Origin: Octopus sinensis
Lineage: Eukaryota
Assembly: GCF_006345805.1 (NCBI RefSeq)
Contig: NW_021832436.1
Location: forward strand, 62,001-126,000
Direction: 5' to 3'
DNA: 64,000 nt
Below, in pieces: positions 26,230-38,684 of the stretch. Positions within the stretch are counted from its first letter, which is position 1. Each line of letters opens with the position of its first letter. The notes beneath the pieces were generated by a model, which saw nothing but the letters and a program-made list of their open reading frames with translations, had not been told where the DNA came from and did not search any database. The translations under genes were made by a program, and so were the position numbers.

Positions 26230-27760
26230 AGATGGTGACGTGCCTCTCTTGTACTTATGTCTTATTCGTGTTCTTTACTGGCCTTTTTCTCTTGGATCTT
26301 TAAACTGCAGAGGACTCAGCAAAGCTTACAAGAAACAACAACTTGCTCGTGATTTATCCAAATAAAACATCTCCGTCTACTGTCTACAAGAGACAAAAAT
26401 TAGAGTTTAATGTGTAGAACCGATTGACGAATTCCATCTTATTACCCTCGCATCGGAATCCCGACATTATGGTCTCGGGTTCGCTGTACACCGGGACCTT
26501 ATTAACTGCGTGTCAAGAGTGTGGGCGGCATCTGACCGTGTCGTAGTGCTTCAAATCAAATGTGGAAAAAATATCAACTCAGTGCTCTCCATTATAAATA
26601 TATATGCTCCTACTGTTGTGCGAGTCTCACGAGTGTATACAGCTCGCTTTCCGCTTCTTACCTCCTGTTTGTTGCAGGAGACTGGAACGCTAAGGCTGGA
26701 ACTGCCAAACATGGGGAAACATGGATTGGAGCCCATGGAAGAAACCGCCGCAACCTCCCCGGAGAATCTATGATACAATTTTGCACGACGTACAACTTAC
26801 TCTTATGCAATACTTGATTCAAGCACCCGGCAAGGCATAAAACCACCTGGACTGGGTTTAGAAAAGATAAACTTGAAAATACCATTCCGAGTTATAACCA
26901 GATAGACTATATTCTTTGCAGGCAGCATCAAAAGGCCCTACTGAAAAATTCGAGGTCATACGGTGGACTTGAAACCAGCAGCGATCATAAACTTGTTGTG
27001 GCTCAGTTAATGCTGTACAGAATCCATGGAATACGTGGAAAGCTCAAAGGCACTGCCCCAGTACGATACAGAGAGGCTTGTATACGAAGAGTCTACCAAT
27101 TTTCGATACTGCACGACCCTGAAAAACAGCATCGACTATATCGACCAAAATCAACAAGATTTTGGAGGAAACAGTTACCGCAATACGGAACACCGCGTCT
27201 GACGTCTTTGATTCTACACATGGATCGAATCACAAACAAAGTAATCCGGAAATTAGACGACTTTCTCTAATACAAAAAGAACTCAAACTACAATCGGAAA
27301 ATACAAGCATATCTGAGAAAATCAAAGAACTCCGTACGCATAGAGGTAGAGTATTAACAAAGATGAAACAACTACAAAAATTTTTTGCCAGAAGTGAACC
27401 AGAAAAACAAGTTTCCGAAATAATGAAATACAAACATGGGCCAATGATGTTTAAACCTATTCGCCTCCTCAACAGAGGGAAATGCACGCCCCCTATCATT
27501 GTCCACGATAATCTCGATCGTACTGTTACCGAGGACGCCGAAAAAGCTAGTATTCTAGCTTTGCACTTTAATTCCTTATTCAATATGTATACTGAAACTG
27601 ATCAGACCCTGAAACCTTTAACACCTGATAAATCCACATTAACAAACCCGATAAGTCTCCCTGAAACTCTGCAAGTCATTAAAAAGTTGAACACGGGAAG
27701 ATCCCCAGGGCCAGACAATATCCCGGCAGAACTGAAGAGTTTTCTTCACCATGACGACGT
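26230..27760 (+). mobile_element. RTE-clade LINE, 3'-truncated (AP endonuclease + start of RT)
   Basis: GSLNCRGL..YCLQETK, IINIYAPT, AGDWNAK..IG.HG, NQIDYIL..SDHKLV, RSPGPDNIPAELK; stops and frameshifts present. Confidence 0.88.
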
Positions 27761-28017
27761 TAAAATAATATACCTGCTCATGCAGAACACTCATCTCTAA
27801 TAATACTCATCTATATAATAATTACGTAATTAGCGCCTTGTAAAATTTTCACCTACTGAAAATCTACAAAGTCGTATTTTGGGCAAGACAAATCGCTTGA
27901 TTCTCCTTGAAACATACTTTAAGGAAATAATATGAAACATTGCCATAGGTGAGCACAGTTATCGGAGAGATTTAATTCACTAATAGCTAAATAATAAAAG
28001 CAAAAATATTATTTGAA

Positions 28018-30298
28018 TCAATATTTTACTGGTGAAAAGACAACAAATGGGACTGTCTTAACGTTGGTCCTCCATTGAGAAGTGACACTCACAAAAGTGA
28101 CATTGTCTGTATCTATTCCGTCAACGCACACTGCAATGCCACAATTCTGATACCAGTCACTGCACTGTGCGCACGTGTCTTACAAACAACTCTCGTCACT
28201 CCACAGATCCGGAACAGCATCCTATGCTTGCAGTCCCGCGTTTTATTCAAACGAACTTAAGTTTTAACTAAAAAACAACTTTTTGGCTTCTTGTCAGAAA
28301 GCATAAATTCCACTGTAAGCGAGTTATCAGTCAACAATTGATTCCTAATGACAAACGAGCTGACGACTATTTTCATGGTGTATCTCCCGCCATCCTTCTT
28401 TAATAATTTTTCCAGTCTTTCGTTCAACTCATTCTTATTTTCGTCGAAATAGATATCGACTTGCAAATTCATTTTCGGTCCTGAAACATTCCCAAACTCG
28501 TGTTTGGGCGACCTTCCGACGTTGTCATCGTCTTAAAGCTTGATTAAAGATTGGTTACCAGAAGATGACTGGCCCGACAGGCATTTGAAGGACAAAACCG
28601 AAACAAGGGGAGAAAATTGGTCGTTCAGTTGTGGAATCATTACTTCAGCAATAGGAAGACGGAGAACATCCCGATTCTGGGATAAATAACTCGCCACTTT
28701 CTCAATAGTATCACATTCCAGAGTGCCCCAACACTCCAGAATACGAGTGGAATACAAATCATCTGTGGAGGCTATATTCATGGCAATATTACTGTCTCCT
28801 ACCAATACAACATATAGTTGGTAACCAATGGGAATGTAGTAAAAGACAAAGTAGGATGTCCAGATGGGGGCCTTCACTGACAGGAGAAATATGTAGTGCC
28901 GGATGAAAGAGGCCAAAAACGACTCACTAACAAAAAGAGCTATCCTGAGTCCAGTTGGCTTTCCTACACTCCGATCTAATCTGACACAATCAGAAGACAG
29001 AGTATACACGTGTTGTAGTCGCCGCATTAATTCTGAAAGAAACAATTCAATTTGACCACTGAAAAGTCCTATAAATTGGTCAAAATGTGAAAAGTTTTCA
29101 GTGCTTATTACAGAGCGATTGAGTTCCTATTTGATAAAACATAAACAAGGACATTCATTTCTGCGTTTTCTGAGAATAATTCGAAAACTGCTATACACGA
29201 CGGAAGCTCACGGTCGCCAAAAAATCGACTCCCAATCTAGTGGATTATGAATTATCCCAAACACTGATGCTGCTGGGAAAGGAAAGGGACTTCCTACAGT
29301 GAATCGAAGGAGACTGTTGTGAAAAACAAAAATGTCTACCTTCTCTGAGGCACAGCTCACGGACGACATATCATCCGTCTAATAGGTTAGATTCGTAAAC
29401 TAACCTTCGCACTAGAGGACGATGAATCAAAGACGAAAGGACTATTGTAAGACATGCCGACTAACCGAAGCCTGGGGCGGTTGGAAACTGAATTGGACTC
29501 GTCAGATATTCCTTCAAGCTCATTCATGATCATCTCGATGGCCTGGGAATTTTCCTGCTCCACGTCCTCGGCCTATCAATATTCATACAGATGTACAGCG
29601 ATTGACGACGCACGTGACTTTTTGACCAGCTTTACTAGTTTTTTCATAAGTTTATGCCGCCTCTGCAAATAACCACTAAGTCTAACAGAGTTATTTTGTT
29701 TTCCGAAGTCCTCAAAATCGTCGTCATTCTCGATTGGCGCGAGACACGTACATAAATATGTTATCACGGAAACGCTTAGGCGAATCGGTCCGTCACACGG
29801 GATCTCTGGAAGGAGACTTATTTGTCCATCAAATCCCCGCTGGTACACGACATCCAGGGAGATGACATGGGAAGCAACTGTCTTGAATCCGAACATAGGC
29901 CTGTTTTTGTATGTCTTGCGTCGCTGGATCATTATCAGCATTTGATTTGTATCGACTGACTTGAGAGCGTGTTGATACTTGACATCAATTCAAATAATAC
30001 TTGAATTCGCCATTCCTGCTCTAAATGGATGGGGGGACCTCCTTCTGTCGAGGAAATTTCGGCTGATCTAACCGTGTGGCGCGAGCCCTGTCAAATAAGA
30101 TTAAAGATCAGACGCTAAGTTTGACTGCAATGACAAAGGGCTTAGAATGCAGTTGTTTGTCGGCAACCTCTACGACAGCGACGCGGACCACACAGAGCCT
30201 TGTTAGATATGTCAGGGACTTGTCAAAGGTAGCCATCATACGCCTACCAACTATATTTTCTAGTTTCCTAAGGAATGTAGTTAGGTAAAATGAAACAT
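28018..30298 (-). CDS. PACS: phosphofurin acidic cluster sorting protein
   Basis: FVIAVKL|GSRHTVRSAEI; MLIMIQRRKTYKNRPMFGFKTVA (PACS signature QRRKRYKNR); C-terminal VCVDGIDTDNVTFVSVTSQWRTNVKTVP. Confidence 0.85.
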
Positions 30299-31066
30299 GT
30301 ATAAAAATATCAAATTTGTTACTTTTCCATTCTATTTATTGTTGTAGTTGCCGTTCAAAATTCTTAGAATATTTTCTCGAACGAGATAATAAAACACAAA
30401 GGAAGAAATCAATAATACAAACAAAATCTATTGTATTTATAAATAAAAATCTAATATTTAACAAAAACAATAATATTTTTTACTATTCAACCTTATTGAT
30501 TGTCTAAAGTCGTGAAAAGCTCTCTTTTCTCTTAACTTTCTTTTATCATTTATTTTCTCTGCTCAGTTGTTTTTAAAAAGACCAAATATAGTAAGACAAA
30601 ATATAAAAAGACAATAACCTAGAATTTCAAATAAATGAAAAGAAAATGGAGAAAACATTGTATACGCTTTACCATTGTTTTGAAAAATAGAAATTTAAAA
30701 TAATCCCCTGACAGTCGAGACGTCAAAATACAGGGAATTTCTATCCGGAACATGTTCCGGTTAAAAAAATGCAGAGCCTTTAATTCTCGATAAACTTATC
30801 ATTGACAAAGTTGAAGCACAGGCTCCAATAACTTTGGGAATAAAAATTAGAATCCTCTATGCCCACGATCCGGATGATCCTGGAGAAAAGTTGTGTTGGG
30901 TAATTATAATTTGGGTTGGCATAAAAAGAGACACTGCGGTGCCTTGTTTTTATCTCTTTGTTAATGATTTTTTTTGTTCATTGCGTTTTTGGTTTTTCTT
31001 GAACAATAAAAAACATTCAATTCAAACAAAGGAAAAAGAATCATTTAAGAAAAGTAACGTCTAGAG

Positions 31067-32081
31067 CAGCGGTTCTCAAATGCGGCCCCCAGGATTTTTT
31101 GCGGCCCCTCTAGAGTAACTAAGACAAAGTAATTTTCGATGAACTTTACGATGAAAGATGGATTGCCGATTTGGCTTTTTATGTTGATTTAACCACGCAT
31201 TTGTCAGATCTCAATGTTGAATTACAAGGAAAACGCAAACTCTGTTATCAGTTATATGGATATATTTCTTCGTTTATCGAAAAATTATATTTATGGATGA
31301 CTTCACTTAAAGAAGGAGATACATCTCATTTTTATTCACTATCTGAAAACAACGAAGGCGCTGCTTATGAAAAATACATATCCATAATTGGTGATTTAAT
31401 TAATCAATTTGAAGCACGTTTTGGGGTACATTTATATAAATTTAATTTTTAGAATTTTAAAGAATTCCTTCCCCTAATGAAAATATTCGCAACTCCATAC
31501 AGCGTGGAAATTAAGGATGCGCCTGCAAAGTTTCAACTAGAACTCATTAATTTACAACATGATATAGAACTGGCGGCATTGTTCAAAAATGCGTCCATTA
31601 TTAATTTTTACAAATTAATTCCTCAAGACAAATTCAAAAATATAACACACAATGCATATATGAATATATCAATGTTTGAATCTACATATTTATGCGAATC
31701 AATATTTAGTAAAATGATTCGAATAAAAAATAAATTTGTAACAAACTCACGGATAATCACTTGAGTCAACTTTTACGAACTTCTTCGACTTAACTTATTC
31801 CGGATTTCAAAAACTTGATAAACAAATAATACTTTCTTTTTAGTTACAACGCCTTTTGTAGATTTTTTAGCTTGTATTTCTTTATAAAGGAAATGGAAAT
31901 TAAAAAAAAATAAAAAAAGAGTCCAAAAACTGATTACGCATCAGCAGTGGCTGCACTTCGGATTGCAAGCGAGTTACCGGCTTGGAAAATATAAAAATAT
32001 ATAAAATATTTTTTGTGCGGCCCGCGAAGCTAATCTTAATTATCGATTTGGCCCTTGAGCTAAAAAGGTTGAGAACCCGTT
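31067..32081 (+). mobile_element. internally deleted hAT element (second family) retaining the transposase C-terminus
   Basis: TIRs CAGCGGTTCTCAAA / TTGAGAACCCGTT; flanks GTCTAGAG / TTCTAAAG; LAFYVDLTTHLSDLNVELQG, FESTYLCESIFSKM; 27-nt intron at 31426-31452. Confidence 0.85.
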
Positions 32082-32089
32082 TTCTAAAG

Positions 32090-32230
32090 CTCGATAAAAC
32101 TTACTGTAGGAAGTTTTGGTTTACTATTGGCGGGGAGATTGAATATGAACAGTCGTTAGAAGAAGCTGCAATGAGCAAGCTTCCTGAAGAGACTGGTCAC
32201 AAAGTAGATGAGGTGACTTCTGAATTGGTG
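32090..32230 (+). pseudogene. decayed Nudix hydrolase fragment
   Basis: WFTIGGEIEYEQSLEEAAMSKLPEETGH has Nudix-box spacing; the catalytic E and RE positions read Q and SK, each one nucleotide from consensus. Confidence 0.45.
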
Positions 32231-33060
32231 CTTAACGGTAAACCTGGTGGGGAGATTTTGAGCTGTGCTTAACGGTAAACCTACTCTTTTCCAGGGAATA
32301 CTTGAGACATGGGGGACCATGTGGATAGCTGTTCTCGTAAGGGTGTGTCGTTTCGTTTTGTAGATCCGATGCTCCCTTGATGACCGATTTTTGTGATGTT
32401 TCTGATATCCGCAAGGAGTTCGATGAGTGAATAACCCGTATCTCTGACTGGAAAACACCTGGGATCCATGATATAAACCAATTCATCATTGTATATGTGT
32501 CGAGCAATTGAACAGTTTACATTTGCCCCTGGCTGGATTATTTGTAATGGGGTTTGGCCATTTATTTTGGCCCAAGCACTATTGCGTTTTATGGTTGTGT
32601 TGCACTGACTGTGGGTTACAGTTAGCTAATAAAGTAACCTTGAACAATTATACGAGATGGTCAGTTTTTTAAGCGATAGTTCGCACTGACTTTAGTGCTA
32701 TTTATTGAATCACTGCAAACGGGTTTTGCTTGAAAAAGCGGACTAACCCTTTGTACACACCGCTTGTCCCTACTACCGATGAATGATTTGGTGAGTTTGT
32801 TAGATCGTGTGTTATAGCATGCGGGTAGACTCTCGAGCTTACTAATTTAATTGAAGCAAAAGTCGTAACAAGGTTTTGTGTATTACTTGTTAGAAGAGTG
32901 GCTGATGATTTGGTTGGTGATAGGGATAGCTCGTTTAGAGTGATCCAGTTATACAAGGTATCAATGAATGGTTGAACTTAACGACATGCTACCTTTGGAT
33001 TTGTGTTTAATGACGTGATCGTAATATTATCTGCATATAGGAACAGAGATACATTTTTGG
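32230..33060 (-). mobile_element. ingi/Vingi-like LINE relic (post-RT region)
   Basis: LSLSPTKSSATLLT motif; nucleotide homology with 55600-56075. Confidence 0.6.
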
Positions 33061-33345
33061 GTGGTGCAGAATTTCACTTAGGTAAGTGTTGAAAAGTGTA
33101 GATTGCATTAAAATGGCCTGTTTACTATGGAGAGAGTTCATTATAGAATGCGTAATTAATATGTTTATTTCTTATAATGTATTTCATAAAAACTTAAATA
33201 AAATTTTTTGACTCATGTCTTTTTCGGTTTGTTGTAAATGTTCTTATTTTTATGTTTATTTAAAAAATAAAATAATTTGTAAATGTTCTTAGAACAAATT
33301 TATTGTGTATAGTACAAGAAACTAATATTGGAATTACTTTCATTT

Positions 33346-34760
33346 ATGGAAAATAGAAGCGCATTAGAATCTCGTATTTGCTTAACAGAAAGAAAAAAAT
33401 TATTTCATATCGAGAAAGTCAATGTTCCGCTTAAACTTGATCGTACAATGTTTGAAAGAAAAGTCGATGTTTTGGCACTCTCGATTCCACCAGCTTCAAC
33501 TAAAGTTCTTTTAAAATCTCTTAAAACTAACATAATCAACATTAAATCAAGATTGGTCGAACGGATAAGCACGTTTAAAACAAATCCTAATAGGAATCTC
33601 ATAGTTTTCAACCCAAATTTGATCACTTGTTTCGACGACCTAAGTCGAGACCAAAAAGTTTCCAGAGTTTTTTAATTTAGAAACTTATTTCAAAATATGA
33701 AACAAAATTATTAAAGATTACTTTAAATATCGATTATGATTGTTGGTCGTGGAAAGACATTTTCCGCTCAGTTTTTGGAAACGCGGGTTCTTCTTTTACT
33801 TTGGTAGGTCATATTCTACATATCAACATTGAACAAGAAATGGTCCCCTTTCGTCATTTTATTGGTATTTTCAAAATATATGTGCTATAGGGCAAGTTCT
33901 TTTGGATAAATTGAGTAATGTTCGAACTGTTGTGATGAAAAATTCTAATATTTCGAATATTTATCGAACTATGGATCTTCAGGTGATCGCAGGTGTGAAT
34001 GAAATGGAGACTGAGGTCAGGGAAAACGGAGTTGTTTTAAAAATGGATTTTTCCAAAGTTTATTGGAATTCCAGATTAAGTTAATTCAGTAAAATTTGAG
34101 TTTATAGGCACTGAACATGAGCATGTCGTCCAATTGACAGGTCCTGGGACAGTCCTTTATGACGTCTTTTCTGGAATTGGTCCATTTTCAATACCTGCTG
34201 CAGTTTGTGGGACTAGCGTTGTTTTGGCTAACGATCTGAACCCAGATTGTTATTACTGGCTCAATGAAAACATTCGAATTAATCGTAAAGCTAGGAATAT
34301 CTCAACCTACAACATGGATGCTATAAATTTTATTCAGGAGATATTAGGTTCTTCACTAGAAAAAGTTTGGTTGGATTTCATACGGGGAGAATCCTTTCGA
34401 AGAGTTTTGGTTTTAATGAACCTCCCTGCTTCTGCAATCGAATTTTTGCCCTGTTTTATTGGGATTTGTAGCGTGGGGATGAAAAAAACATACATCGAGG
34501 CTTCTGAATGTGCTCGGAATTTGAATTTGTCTATGAGAGATTTGATTCCGGTCGTATATTGTTACTGCTTTGCTCAAAAATGTGCTGACGACTCTGATGC
34601 TATTAGAGAGATTACGGATGCTATCCATGAAAAATTTGGTGGGAGGGGAATTGATATTCTTGCAATTCGACGTATTCGGGATGTTTCACCCAGCAAACTG
34701 ATGTTCTGTTGTGAAATTCATTTGACTTACTCTGTACTGTTTGATGATACTGTTATTTGA
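33346..34760 (+). CDS. TRMT5: tRNA (guanine(37)-N1)-methyltransferase
   Basis: LDRTMFERKV; VGHILHINI..GQVLLDK; ENGVVLKMDFSKVYWNSRL|STEH; YDVFSGIGPFSIP; ANDLNPD; LMNLPASAIEFL. Confidence 0.92.
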
Positions 34761-34881
34761 ATTTTTTTCGAATGGCTGACTGTTTCATTTAATGTAAGGT
34801 CTAATTGTTTTAGTTTATTTTTCGGCAGACCTGGTGTAGTCATACTAATCAATTGTTTATTTCCATTCCCCCAATTAGAAA

Positions 34882-35143
34882 TATTTGCATTTTGCGACGT
34901 GTTGATCGATGTTGCTGAAGTTATTTATTGTAGGCCGAGATTGAGATAACCGCGATTCCTCAATTGCGTGAGGGCTGTGTTCAAGGGGTGAGTATCTTAG
35001 AGATTCGACGGGGCTATGACTCGCTGAGGAGAAGATGTGGTCTCCGAGTACTGATGGGTGAGGCCGTCAGCCAAATGGTGACATTGGATCTGGCCTACAT
35101 CAGCCAGAGATAGATTACAAAAATATGGAGGATTGTAGGGAGT
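34882..35143 (+). pseudogene. inverted partial genomic duplicate of COG4
   Basis: Matches the reverse complement of 39835-40027 joined to 39511-39550; retains the intron; four short insertions. Confidence 0.9.
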
Positions 35144-35154
35144 CGAGGTCGTTA

Positions 35155-35260
35155 TAGAGGACGTTAACAGAATCACTTCTGGTTTCTCTAAGATCCGACA
35201 ATTTTTAAACGGCGACAAAGTTGAACTTCGCTTTCTCCTGCCGCTCTTTTCTACACATTT
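35155..35260 (-). mobile_element. possible LINE AP-endonuclease fragment
   Basis: NFVAV-x-LSDLRETRSDSVNVLYNDL resembles the IxVYAPT..FYxDL region of RTE endonucleases. Confidence 0.3.
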
Positions 35261-35429
35261 TCCTCTCTCTGCTGATTGATGGGTTAAGGCTTACACCTAT
35301 CACTTATCAACCACTTAAATTTCACTTACTTCGTTATTGATTCCACTTAGTTTTGTGTTCATCCCATTTAGTATGGAAAATAATTTAGTTATTTTTGGCT
35401 TGTCAATTTCCAATTATGGTATAGTAAAA

Positions 35430-36175
35430 GCCTTGTCGTCTAATTAAGCTGCCTACTGATCGGATTCGTGAGCTTGGCTTCCATCCGGCGTTTTTCTTGC
35501 TGAAGATTTTTTTCTGAGACTAGGTTACATCCTTCGTTCTTCCCCATATTTTGTTGCTGCTGATTCCTTATCCAGAATCGACAATCTCATCCACTAATTT
35601 TTAATATACCATCTCGATTCGATGTTCATGTTTATGGTTACCTGGCCTTGGTTTCCCTGCGATTCTTTCAGTCCAAAAAATCTGGGACAAAATGCTTAAA
35701 GTCGGACAAACTTAAGCTGGCTTCACTAAACTGCCCTTGTCAGTCGCATACGGGAGACTGGCTGGAAGCACTTCCTATCGCTAGCACGCATTACTACTGG
35801 ACGATGAATCAGAAAGATTAGTATCTGTTTACGTTTCGGCTTGGACATCTTCCAGCCTCTTTCTTGCCGGTAAGGACTACAATTTTGTCAAAAGGCGTGC
35901 CCGCTTTGTCGTGCATAAAGTATGCAGGTAGTATTTATCGCCACACTCAACTTAAAGAGGTTGTCAAAAAATCCCTAGAGTCGGCAGATTTTCATTCCAC
36001 TCTAGAGCCAGTCGGTCTCTGCCAGAATGGCGAAAAGCGTTTCGACGGGATGACTACCTTTTCTTTTAGAGAAGGCAAGTCCCTGGTTTGAGATGCCTTC
36101 TATGTTGACTTGTTTTCTGTGGCAACCCGGGTTCCGCCAGTGTTTAGAATGAAGAGTCCAAGAGGACAAAATATG
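35430..36175 (+). mobile_element. degenerate, internally deleted CRE-like fragment (same lineage as 42487-43950)
   Basis: Nucleotide similarity to 43540-43740; HTGDWL..P, LEPVGL..KRFDGMTTF.FREGKSLV. Confidence 0.8.
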
Positions 36176-36559
36176 TGTGCATTTTATTTTTATCCTGGAA
36201 TTATTTTTTATGCCTTAAGAAGTTGGTAGTTTTTACCATGTCTTGAAAGTCAAATATGATCAATTTTATTAAACATGGACGTCTGCATAGTGAAATAACA
36301 GAGGAAAAGAACATTGAAAGTTTCAAAAGAACTGCAAGACTATTTAGTAAACCTGAATGTAGTATCATGCTGTTTTTTGTCAAAATTTCCGGAATACTTC
36401 TCCAACTATTGCAGTTGAAAATGATATGGATAAGTTTACCTAATAGAAAACGTCCACCTAAAGAAATGACATCCCGGCCGCGATGAGTTAATTTGCCTTT
36501 TTTAAAGACATGATTTATGGAAATTGTCGAGGAAAAATAACACAGTAGAGTTAATTGCA

Positions 36560-37500
36560 AATTCTGACGTTATGGAAAAGCGCATGCTCATATTTAAACA
36601 TGACATTCATTTGTTTACTTCAGGTGTTATAGTTCTAATTAGGATTAAAGTTAAGTTGACTTCCAGCAAAGAGAGTCGACGAAAAGAAGAACTGCGGACA
36701 TAATCAAAGGCTTTCGACGTGTCAAAACCGAAGATGGTCGTGGATTTTTGAATTTAAACTGAATAGCGCCATCTGTGGCTCTAGACGATATCCGTAGTAG
36801 ATTTGCCTACCCTGAATCCTCTGTGATTCGGTGCCAGATATTCAACACTTGCGTTTATGCGACTCAGTACAACTAGCGATAAAATTTTCCTCAAAATGTT
36901 CAACTGTATGACAGAACGGAGATTTTCCACAGGGTCGGAGATTTTGCTGGCTTTTTGTATAAGAATGATTGTGCCCTCCTTTAGAGGAGTGGGTCGCGAG
37001 TAGTAAACATATTATTGAATATGGTCATGATTTTATTCAGAAGTGACCTTGGATCGTACTTAATCAGCTCTGCATTGATGTGGTCTGGTCCAGCGGCCTG
37101 ACAGTTCTTAAGCTTTCTCGCAGGTCGGCCGATCGCCTCCACTGTGATAGAGCTGTCGACGTGTGCAGCTGTGGCTGTGAAAGGGGGAATGTCCTCGGTG
37201 GTTAAATTGAATTGATTTTCAAAATAATCGGGTATTAGTTCGGCTTGAACAACGTGACTATTTTGAAACACTTGAAATAATGATCTATCACTTATTGTCT
37301 CAATAAGTAATTTCGCGCCACTTTCTTTTCTCAGTACAACGATTCTGACAAATAGACAATAATATTGTGTAAGATAAATTTTGGACCTTTTCTTGTTGAA
37401 CCTGGAATACACAAGACTGAACAGGTGTGACGTTAAACGCCAAGATTGAATGACTACTTTACCTTTTCGTGAGCTAAATTTTTTGTCGTTCAACCAAATT
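36560..37500 (-). mobile_element. RTE-clade LINE RT relic
   Basis: AAGPDHINAELIKY and DTSKAFDYV motifs. Confidence 0.75.
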
Positions 37501-37559
37501 CTTAGAAAACTCTACTTTAGTTCCATGATGCCTTTTTCAACAGTTGGTATATCTTGGTC

Positions 37560-37855
37560 CAGATTGGATCGATCTGTAAGCAAGCTTAAATGAAATACAC
37601 TTCGTTTGCCCAAAATCTTCAACATATTTTTGGAATTATTTAAGAAGTACCAAACTACAACAAATCCCATTTGCTGTGCTGACAAACATACAACTGCCTA
37701 TCTATTCCGCTGTCCCGGTCTTCTTTCGCTCCGCAAAAAAATTGTCATTCACTCCCCGGAGGTCTTATGGGAGCAACCTGGGAGGGGGCTGTTTTTTCTG
37801 CAAGCTGCTGGTCTTATAATCTAATGTGAGATCGGGGTTACGCAACAACAACAAA
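37560..37855 (+). mobile_element. 3' end of an ingi/Vingi-like LINE with (CAA)n tail
   Basis: HTTAYLFRCP..SPEVLWEQP..FL; ends TCGGGGTTACGCAACAACAACAA; a similar terminus occurs at ~49043-49065. Confidence 0.6.
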
Positions 37856-38684
37856 TTAGTTTACAATTCAGTATAAGTCAGCTTTAGCTAAATAATATTT
37901 GGTCATTGACTTAGAGTTAACCCTGTTATACTAAAAATTTACTAATTGACTTTTTAAGGAGCAAATAGAAAAATAATCATAACCTATTGAATGTATTACT
38001 GAATAAGTGGAAATTTAGTGTAGTTATCCAAAAGGGTTCTAGTCGATTAAAGACCGTTATACTAGACAGTAATGTTGGAAAGCTTAAGGATGGAATATAC
38101 TTTTAAATAAGATATGATAAATTTTTTGGCTAAAGAACCTTGAAATGTTTTTTCTGAGCTATGTAAAGATAACTCGTCCATTAAAAATTTTTTTGTTTAT
38201 AAAGGACAGCTATATTGTAGTACATATAAACCCGGAGTTTAATAGGTACTTTTGTATTCAGTCAAAAGAAAACATTTTGTTTGATTTTGGTCCATTAGCT
38301 AGAATCTAACCTTTGAATATTGTTTTTACTAAAATAGTCCATCGACTCAAATAGGAGCAACAATCAGCCGTATACCACTTAAAAAACTGTTCTATATTAG
38401 TGTGGGATACTTGATTAGAAAATAATTGGAAAACTGGAAATTAAAAACGCCTATGACCTTTAAAAAAAACAGCAGTCTTTCTAATCTCAGTCTAGACAGC
38501 CTGACACCATCAAATTTTCTCCCATGACAACCATTTATACATTTCATTAAACTCTTTGAAATGAAATTGGTTAATTCCCCATCAGTCAGAAACAAAAAAG
38601 GTCACATATGAACATAAAAACAATTATAAATCTATAAGCGAAAAATATAATTCATATTAATGGTAAATTAATTATGTGGAAACG

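Noticed and set aside
30745-30760. Perfect 16-bp palindrome CCGGAACATGTTCCGG, sharing TCCGGAACAT with the TIR at ~44236
   Set aside because: Single occurrence, no partner end or TSD; could be chance or an unrecognisable relic
38392-38595. 67-aa ORF as a COG4 C-terminal exon
   Set aside because: COG4 terminates at 38685 with the conserved C-terminal motif; this ORF has no recognised homology
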